Assembly (NCBI GenBank): GCA_002499545.1
Contig: DAME01000024.1
Location: 4 to 63,432, forward strand
Length of the DNA: 63,429 nucleotides
Direction: 5' to 3'
From: Euryarchaeota archaeon UBA88
GTDB lineage: Archaea > Thermoplasmatota > Poseidoniia > Poseidoniales > Poseidoniaceae
Part shown: positions 56,652-63,429 of the stretch, piece by piece
How the letters are laid out: each line of letters starts with the position of its first letter
Numbering within the stretch: position 1 is the first letter of the stretch
Made by a program: the position numbers and the translations under genes
Notes under the pieces: generated by a model
Told to the model about the DNA's origin: nothing
Database searches by the model: none
What the model saw: only the letters and a program-made list of their open reading frames with translations

Positions 56652-58136
56652 ATGGACGCAGTTACCATGCTCAACCCCGAGCGTCGCATGCTGCGAACCA
56701 TGCAGACGAACCCGAGCCATGAGTGGACCCTTGCAGAGGTTCTGGAGGCGTGCCAGTGGACGGACCAAGCAGTAGCTGCCGGTGCAGGACACGGGTTAAC
56801 CAATGCCGGATTCGTAAAAACCAATGAAGAACATCAAGAAACGATTCGAGTGGCTCAAGAAGGGCAAAATGCTGTGGCTGATGGTCTGTTGGAAGCACGA
56901 GTATGGAACTGGATTTGTTCAACTGAAGGTGCTGATATGGCAGGACTACAAGCCACTTTCCAACGGCACGAAGCCGGACCAGGTGTTGGTCTCTTGAAGC
57001 GATTAGGTGTCCAACTCGAGTCTGGTTCATTCATGGCCCAAGACCCCGATGCCGTAACTTCAGAAATCGCCAAGCGCACCGAATTCATCGCTGGACTTCC
57101 GGCTCCAATCCAAACTTTGGACCAAACAATGCTCCACCACTTCCAGTCCCGAAAGGGCCTTGTCGAATCGGTCGTGATGACGACACGCACATGGACCATC
57201 ACGCCTATGGGCCAATCAGTTGAAGCAGCTGCTTTAGTCGAACAACAGTCCGTTAGCGAAATCACCACTGAATTACTCCAGTCCGATGCCTGGAAAGATG
57301 CAGATTTCCGTTCCTTCGACGTATCCCTTGAATCCACTACCCCGCGAACCGGTCGAAGTCATCCAATGCAAGCTTTGATTGAACGCGTACGAAGTATTTT
57401 CCTCGAAATGGGATTTTCAGAACTGGTGGATGATTATGTGCAAACAGCAGGATGGAACATGGATGCTTTATTCATCCCCCAAGACCATCCTGCAAGAGAA
57501 ATGCAGGACACGTTTTACCTTGAGAATCCAGCTTCAATAGACCTACCAAAAGACCTCACTGATGCTTGGGGTGCGATTCATGAACACGGAGGTGATACCG
57601 GCTCGGTTGGATGGGGCGGCGCATTTTCGGAAGCGACGTCAAAAAAGGGATTGCTCCGAACCCATACCACCGTCAACACCATTCAGTATCTCGCCGAGAA
57701 TCCAAGCGAGCCTTGCCGAGTGTTTTCTGTCGACAGGGTGTTTCGAAAAGAAGCAATTGACCGCACCCACCTCCCCGAATTCCACCAAATTGAAGGTATT
57801 ATCATGGAGGAAGGTGCGAACCTTCAGATGCTTGTAGCGACGCTGAAAACATTCTATGCCAAAATGGGATATCCTGAGGTCCGAGTGCGACCTGCCTACT
57901 TCCCATACACTGAACCAAGCCTCGAAATTGAAGTCAAATGGAGAGGGAAGTGGTTGGAGTTGGGTGGTGCAGGGATTTTCCGACCCGAAGTAACCGAACC
58001 ACTCGGCATCGCATCTCCAGTTCTTGCGTGGGGCATGGGACTTGAACGGTTGGCTATGCTCGTTCTTGGACTTGATGACATTCGTCAACTCTACATCTCT
58101 GACCTTGAATGGTTGAGAAATCAACCAATTCTTTGA
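56652..58136 (+). CDS. pheS: Phenylalanine-tRNA ligase alpha subunit (long archaeal type)
   Basis: HPAREMQDTF, LRTHTT, VFRKEAIDRTHLPEFHQIEG, YFPYTEPS, WGMGLERLAM. Confidence 0.97.
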   Translation: MDAVTMLNPERRMLRTMQTNPSHEWTLAEVLEACQWTDQAVAAGAGHGLTNAGFVKTNEEHQETIRVAQEGQNAVADGLLEARVWNWICSTEGADMAGLQATFQRHEAGPGVGLLKRLGVQLESGSFMAQDPDAVTSEIAKRTEFIAGLPAPIQTLDQTMLHHFQSRKGLVESVVMTTRTWTITPMGQSVEAAALVEQQSVSEITTELLQSDAWKDADFRSFDVSLESTTPRTGRSHPMQALIERVRSIFLEMGFSELVDDYVQTAGWNMDALFIPQDHPAREMQDTFYLENPASIDLPKDLTDAWGAIHEHGGDTGSVGWGGAFSEATSKKGLLRTHTTVNTIQYLAENPSEPCRVFSVDRVFRKEAIDRTHLPEFHQIEGIIMEEGANLQMLVATLKTFYAKMGYPEVRVRPAYFPYTEPSLEIEVKWRGKWLELGGAGIFRPEVTEPLGIASPVLAWGMGLERLAMLVLGLDDIRQLYISDLEWLRNQPIL

Positions 58137-58275
58137 TCGGCGTATCTCACAGCGTCGTAGACCGAAGGGGGGTTTCACGTTTCTTCAATCGAGTATTTAG
58201 GGAAAGAGGTGCGAGGCCTGCATGTACTGATTCCTATCTGAATACTTGGACAGCGAATCGAATGGAGACTTCTAC

Positions 58276-59658
58276 ATGACCACATTTCACGCACTTGGCC
58301 TTTCAGAGGCTCTTCTTCGAGCGGTTGAAAGCGAAGGATACACCGACGCTACGCCCGTGCAAGAACTCTCAATACCTCCACTTCTCAAGGGACGGGATGT
58401 ACTCGGTGTTGCACAAACGGGTACTGGAAAAACGGCAGCCTTCGCACTTCCAGTGCTGCAGATAATGGATCGTAATAGACCCCAAGGGAAGCGCCACATT
58501 CGCGCCCTCATTCTATCGCCTACCCGCGAACTAGCAGCGCAAATCGACGAGCGTTTTGCAGCCTACAGCGAACACATGGACCTCCGCCATCGCGTGATAT
58601 TTGGTGGAGTCAATCAAAATCCACAAGTTCGAGCATTGCAAAAAGGACTGGATATATTAGTCGCAACACCGGGTAGATTGCTCGACTTGATTGGTCAGGG
58701 CCATATCGACCTTGGGAAGGTCGAATTCTTTGTGCTCGATGAAGCAGACAGAATGCTCGATATGGGATTCATTCGAGACATTCAGAAAGTACTCAAATTG
58801 CTCCCGGCTCGACGTCAAAATTTGTTATTCAGTGCAACAATGCCGAAATCAATTGCCACACTGGCTGGAAGTTTTCTCAACAATGCAGTCATGGTGGATG
58901 TCAGTCCAAAGGAAATGACCGTGGACCGAATTGAACAAAAAATCATGTTTCTACGAAAGGCTGACAAGCGTCGCTTATTGGTTCAACTCATCAAAGAAGA
59001 ACGGGTCAAGTGCGGCATTGTCTTTACTCGAACCAAGCATGGTGCGAACCGGTTGGTGAAGCAATTAGATCAGAGTAACATTGCTGCTGCTGCCATCCAC
59101 GGCAATAAAAGCCAAGGCGCACGAACGAAGGCATTGGCAGGATTCAAGAATGGTTCCATTCCGATTCTGGTAGCAACTGACATTGCAAGTCGAGGAATCG
59201 ATGTCGATGGAATCACCCACGTGTTCAATTACGATTTACCAAATGAGCCTGAAAGTTATGTCCATAGAATAGGGCGAACCGCTCGGGCAGGTCGCAGTGG
59301 AATCGCCTACGCTTTTTGCGATGACAGTGAAAGCGGATACTTGGTTGGTATCCAGCAACTCATTGGCAAAGAAATCCCCGTTGAAAGTTCCCACCCGTTC
59401 CACTTTGTTGGAGCGATTCCAAAGCCAGGTCAAAAGGCTGGAAAAGTCAAGACAGGAGGTGGAAGTAATGGACGGCAGAACAATCGAAACACGAAGTCAC
59501 AATCGGGTGGACAGTCTCGAAACCGTTCACCATCACGAAACAAAAATCGGTCAAAAACTGACGGGAAGCCGTCCAACACTTCAAACTCAGCAAACCGTAG
59601 AAATCGCAGCCGAGGTCAAAACCAAGGTCGTCAAAATCGTCGGGATTCAAATCGATGA
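58276..59658 (+). CDS. rhlE: DEAD-box RNA helicase (RhlE-like)
   Basis: AQTGTGKT, PTRELA, TPGRL, DEAD, SAT, HGNKSQ, HRIGRTARAG and a basic R/N/S tail. Confidence 0.9.
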   Translation: MTTFHALGLSEALLRAVESEGYTDATPVQELSIPPLLKGRDVLGVAQTGTGKTAAFALPVLQIMDRNRPQGKRHIRALILSPTRELAAQIDERFAAYSEHMDLRHRVIFGGVNQNPQVRALQKGLDILVATPGRLLDLIGQGHIDLGKVEFFVLDEADRMLDMGFIRDIQKVLKLLPARRQNLLFSATMPKSIATLAGSFLNNAVMVDVSPKEMTVDRIEQKIMFLRKADKRRLLVQLIKEERVKCGIVFTRTKHGANRLVKQLDQSNIAAAAIHGNKSQGARTKALAGFKNGSIPILVATDIASRGIDVDGITHVFNYDLPNEPESYVHRIGRTARAGRSGIAYAFCDDSESGYLVGIQQLIGKEIPVESSHPFHFVGAIPKPGQKAGKVKTGGGSNGRQNNRNTKSQSGGQSRNRSPSRNKNRSKTDGKPSNTSNSANRRNRSRGQNQGRQNRRDSNR

Positions 59659-59668
59659 AGGATGGCGC

Positions 59669-60430
59669 TTAGAAGTCCCACGGACTCTTTGGCGCTTCTT
59701 CACTCGTTGGCGGAGTAATAGGAGAAGCCGGCGAAGATGCTTGGTCAGTCAGCGGAGGAGTAATTGATGCAACCGGGGATGTCGGTTGCTGATCAATCTG
59801 CTGAACAGGCTGTTGATTTGGGACCGGTGCTTGGTACAAGACTTGTCCTTGTGGCATCTGACCCATTGGCATTATGACTGAAGGCTTTGGATCATCAATA
59901 ATCACCGCCAAAAGAACTCCTAATCCTATGAAGAGAACGCCACAACATACGCCACCAAAGCCGCCGAATAATGAAAGAGCCCCGTCAGTCCTCGCCTCTT
60001 CACACTCGGCATCACAGTACGTAGCACGAATGTTGAGGTTAACATTGCTGGCGTACGAATATTCCATATCAGATGCTCCTCCAAAGGCGCTATAGAACTC
60101 TTCAGTACCTGGGGCTGGACTTTCCATTGAGTCTTCATTACCCGACATGAGAATGCAATAATCGTCGTCGCTTACAACTTCATATCCTGTGCTATCGGTA
60201 ATGGACAGTTGAAGTGAGTCACAATCTACTGGATGTATGACGTAAACATCGACAATCCATGTTCCGTTTGTGGGTATCGAAAAACTGCCGCTCGACTGCG
60301 ATGATGCAAAGGACTCTTCAATTTCACCAAAACCATCAGCTGCGTCACCGATTCCAATGACCATTCCCACGCCTCCAATGAAGAAAAGCAGTGCTCCTAA
60401 GACGAGTGATATTTTACCTGCGATGTGCAT
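59669..60430 (-). CDS. Hypothetical membrane protein (TM, extracellular domain, TM, Pro/Gln tail)
   Basis: Two TMs flanking an acidic Cys-containing domain; GTTGATAAAC about 25 nt upstream. Confidence 0.7.
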   Translation of the reverse strand: MHIAGKISLVLGALLFFIGGVGMVIGIGDAADGFGEIEESFASSQSSGSFSIPTNGTWIVDVYVIHPVDCDSLQLSITDSTGYEVVSDDDYCILMSGNEDSMESPAPGTEEFYSAFGGASDMEYSYASNVNLNIRATYCDAECEEARTDGALSLFGGFGGVCCGVLFIGLGVLLAVIIDDPKPSVIMPMGQMPQGQVLYQAPVPNQQPVQQIDQQPTSPVASITPPLTDQASSPASPITPPTSEEAPKSPWDF

Positions 60431-60484
60431 ACTGAGTCCTGCGGAGCGAAGTTTATCAACACTGCTCTGTGAAGCAAATCGTCG

Positions 60485-61909
60485 TCACTGTACCGTATCG
60501 TTGCCAGTTTGTGCCTCAGGTGACGGAACTGGAATTTCGATTGGGTAGGATGTTGGAACGAAACGCTTCTTTCCGTAGAGATAGTACGTCAGAGTACCTG
60601 CAACAATTGCAGCGCCTCCGCCAATGAATGCTTTGGTACCGATGAAGCCAATCAGCACAATTCCAGCAAGGATACCCCACCATTGAATGAATGGGTACAT
60701 GGGACCCTTGTAACTTGGATTCCAACCGGTTTCTGCACTCGAGCGTCGCAAGATGAGTACGCACGTGTTGATCATAACGAAAATCATGATTTTGAACCCT
60801 GATGCTAGTTTAACAACGTCTTTCAACGGTGCGTAGTAGATGGCAAGTGCCATTGCAACACCCGTCACGAGGATTGGCCAATGCGGAGTTTCATATCGGA
60901 TATTGACTTCTTCAAGTGCCTGTGGGAGAAGTTTGTTCCGAGCCATTGCAAAGAGGAAACGGGACGAGGCGAGAATTCCCGCAAGAGCCATCGAAATCAT
61001 CGTAAGAACGGAGAGTGCAGCCGCGAAAACACCGAAACTTGAACCTGCAACGACTTCAGCGAAGACGAAAATTGGATTTTCGACAACCGCTCCATCTTCA
61101 ATCCACCATTCACCGGGTATTGCTGCCATCATCAAGAATGCCAAGATAGAGTAGAGAACTGTTGCAATAAGAAGCGAAAGAAGGATGCCAGCGGGAAGAT
61201 TTTTCTCGGGATTTTTGACCTCACCACCGATTGCTGCTACCTTCGTCACGCCGGCGTAAGCGACGAACACAAAGGCTGCGGCTTCAGCCAATTGCCATCC
61301 GTCGGCGTCGAATGCACCGTCTATTGGACGGCTTACGTCAAATCCATCGACGAAGAAGGAACCAATGCAAATGACAAACAACAGAAGAACGGTCATGATG
61401 ACAATGGGGGTTTGAATGATTTTAACTTTCGACACGCCCATCAAGTTGACGATGACAATGAGCACTAAGGCGCTCATTGAAAGGGTCAAGAGTTTCATTT
61501 CAATGTCGAAGAAGGTCGTAATCACGATGAAATATGCTGAAAAACCAATCAAAGAAAAAGCAGATTTTAGCAAAAATGAAGCCCACAAACCCAGCCCACT
61601 GATGGTTCCGATTAAAGGGCCATACGTCCGCTCGATGTACACGTACGAACCCCCGCTCGTTGGCATCCCAGATGCGAGTTCAGATTTGGAAAGAGCACCA
61701 GGCAACACAACAGAAGCCGCCAAAAGATAGGCTAACCAAATACCTGGGCCCATGATTTCGGCAGCAAATGTGGGTGTCACGAAGATACCAGGTAACATTG
61801 CCGAAAGTGAGATGATGACCACTCCAGCAAGACCAATGGTTCTTGTCAGAGTAGTCTTAATCTCGTCGGTTACGGAATGGACGATATTTTCGATGGATAA
61901 TTTTGCCAT
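60485..61909 (-). CDS. APC-family amino acid permease
   Basis: PGIF, SELASGMPTSGGSYVY, FVAYAG, GEVKNPEKNLP, SRFLFAMAR; about 12 TMs. Confidence 0.92.
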   Translation of the reverse strand: MAKLSIENIVHSVTDEIKTTLTRTIGLAGVVIISLSAMLPGIFVTPTFAAEIMGPGIWLAYLLAASVVLPGALSKSELASGMPTSGGSYVYIERTYGPLIGTISGLGLWASFLLKSAFSLIGFSAYFIVITTFFDIEMKLLTLSMSALVLIVIVNLMGVSKVKIIQTPIVIMTVLLLFVICIGSFFVDGFDVSRPIDGAFDADGWQLAEAAAFVFVAYAGVTKVAAIGGEVKNPEKNLPAGILLSLLIATVLYSILAFLMMAAIPGEWWIEDGAVVENPIFVFAEVVAGSSFGVFAAALSVLTMISMALAGILASSRFLFAMARNKLLPQALEEVNIRYETPHWPILVTGVAMALAIYYAPLKDVVKLASGFKIMIFVMINTCVLILRRSSAETGWNPSYKGPMYPFIQWWGILAGIVLIGFIGTKAFIGGGAAIVAGTLTYYLYGKKRFVPTSYPIEIPVPSPEAQTGNDTVQ

Positions 61910-62134
61910 GAGAATTTCCCCGATATACGACACAAAAGTGACGCTTATTTCCCCTCATGCCGAATCACACTATATCTTCTTGTATGTTCTACGGATGCAT
62001 TTTGTCGGATTCCGGAAAAAAATCTCCTCACCACATCTTCTTTAGAAAACTTCTGTGAGTATTCAAAGAGTGTCTGGCACCATACAGTCGCTGTGTCCCG
62101 AAGTGAAACGTTTTTCAAGCTACGAATGACTGTT

Positions 62135-63091
62135 TTACAGCAGTTTATTTCGGAAATCATTGAGAAATTCCCAAATGAGTTGGTATGTATCGGTGCCGTC
62201 GACTTGGTCTGGCCATGTATGTTCGTGAATTTCTAATCCGTAATGTTCGATGCGTACATCGCCGACGCATCCGCTGTGCGTGATGTGTTCAAGCGTAAAA
62301 TCTGCATTCACATCTTCAGAAGCACAGTTGGAGCGAGCACCCCATGCATCGATCATCCCAGGAACACTGCTCATCGTACCCACGCCATCGTGCTCTCCAT
62401 CTTTCCAATCCCAATCGTCGTCATAATCAATGATGTAATCCAATTTTCCGTGGATGTGCATCACTGCCATATTACCGAGTAAATCACAGGATGCGGGCTG
62501 GATGGGCATGCTCCCAGCAAACGATGCGACTGCCGCAAATCGATGGTTAAGTTGGCACGCAATTTCGTAGGTGTACATAGAGCCAAGAGAATATCCAATC
62601 GCGTAGAGGCGGTCCTGATCGATACAGTAGGCAGCAGATAATTCATCAACAATCGCTTCTGAAAAGTCATTGTCGTCACGAGAAGTTGCTGCAGTATTGA
62701 GGAACCACTCACCTTCGGAAGCAGTTCGACCCTCTTCGGCAATTGCATAGGCCATGATGAATTTCTCTTGTTCCCCTAACTGGTCAAACTCATTCTGCTG
62801 CTGGAAGTCTTCTCCAGAACCGTCACCACCGTGGAAGGCGATAATCAGTGCAAGCCGAGTTCCAGCATCGGACGATGGGACGGTTAATCGGAACAGCCGT
62901 TCAACACCGTTGACGACAATCGAAGTCGTGGCTTGGGTCACTGCTTGCGATGCTTCAAGGCATGGATCCTCCGATATTTGGAGTTCCCCGACCGTCTGAT
63001 TCTGTGAAGGTAGGTCTGGTTCAAGACAACCTGCCAGTGGAGAAAGGAGAAGCAGAAACAAGACACTGAGCGCCCTCAACCGGTGATTCAT
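62135..63091 (-). CDS. Secreted alpha/beta-hydrolase lipoprotein (LpqC/PHB-depolymerase/feruloyl-esterase-like)
   Basis: Lipobox LAGC; FHGG, GYSLG nucleophile, HIHGKLD, HTWP. Confidence 0.88.
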   Translation of the reverse strand: MNHRLRALSVLFLLLLSPLAGCLEPDLPSQNQTVGELQISEDPCLEASQAVTQATTSIVVNGVERLFRLTVPSSDAGTRLALIIAFHGGDGSGEDFQQQNEFDQLGEQEKFIMAYAIAEEGRTASEGEWFLNTAATSRDDNDFSEAIVDELSAAYCIDQDRLYAIGYSLGSMYTYEIACQLNHRFAAVASFAGSMPIQPASCDLLGNMAVMHIHGKLDYIIDYDDDWDWKDGEHDGVGTMSSVPGMIDAWGARSNCASEDVNADFTLEHITHSGCVGDVRIEHYGLEIHEHTWPDQVDGTDTYQLIWEFLNDFRNKLL

Positions 63092-63429
63092 GATTCTACG
63101 ACAATCGTGAAATTTAATTATGTAACGCTCTGATGTTTAAAAAAATCTAAACAAATACGAGTCGAATTAAACCTCCAAAAACAAAGAATTGTTTTGAACA
63201 AGAATACCAATGCAGAGGTTAAAAGGCCCGTGAAAATTCCATACTCGCCTCAAAATCCCCTAGCGAGTACGAAAAATCTCCTGTCCACAACAACTTACAA
63301 TTATCCCAGGACCACCAACGTTAGTGATATTATTTGTTAGGAGAAAACAGCCTCAATGCATGATACACATTCACAATTTGCCTATGAAGAGTCACTGTTC
63401 AAAGATAATTGATTACAATCCTTGTGAGT

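Noticed and set aside
41-62999. Numerous 60-236 aa antisense or alternate-frame ORFs (e.g. 56082-56792, 42156-42764, 23494-24078)
   Set aside because: They are shadows of well-supported genes and carry no motifs.
63118-63250. Hydrophobic minus-strand reading frame (GEYGIFTGLL...)
   Set aside because: It is preceded by an in-frame stop and only about 43 codons long; I cannot support a gene or pseudogene call.

Overview
Gene-dense chromosomal segment (~50% GC) of an archaeon, most likely a Marine Group II euryarchaeote (Ca. Poseidoniales). This placement is inferred from archaeal-type PheS, archaeosine TGT, CTP-dependent riboflavin kinase, NadM, DRG GTPase, ThiR and CCA-less tRNAs, mixed with bacterial-type gcvT, folD, grpE, sufCBDSE(T), rhlE and alkB-like genes. 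It holds about 57 CDS and two tRNAs (Val-CAC, Thr-TGT); I saw no CRISPR, rRNA or mobile element. Main findings: (1) a single-lobe transferrin-like lipoprotein keeping all four transferrin Fe3+ ligands, controlled by two DtxR/MntR-type boxes and co-transcribed with a PQQ/GSDH beta-propeller lipoprotein, a candidate archaeal iron-capture system; (2) an operon pairing a DUF2226/DUF835-like protein with a degenerate bacterial DnaA AAA+ domain protein and a YkgJ Cys-cluster protein; (3) a circularly permuted GDPD; (4) a probable ATC start codon for thiQ; (5) an archaeosine TGT that has lost its zinc ligands; (6) inverted repeats bracketing the TATA boxes of the suf and thi operons. All family calls come from motif recognition by eye, not database searches. 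Many start sites were moved relative to the supplied ORF track.
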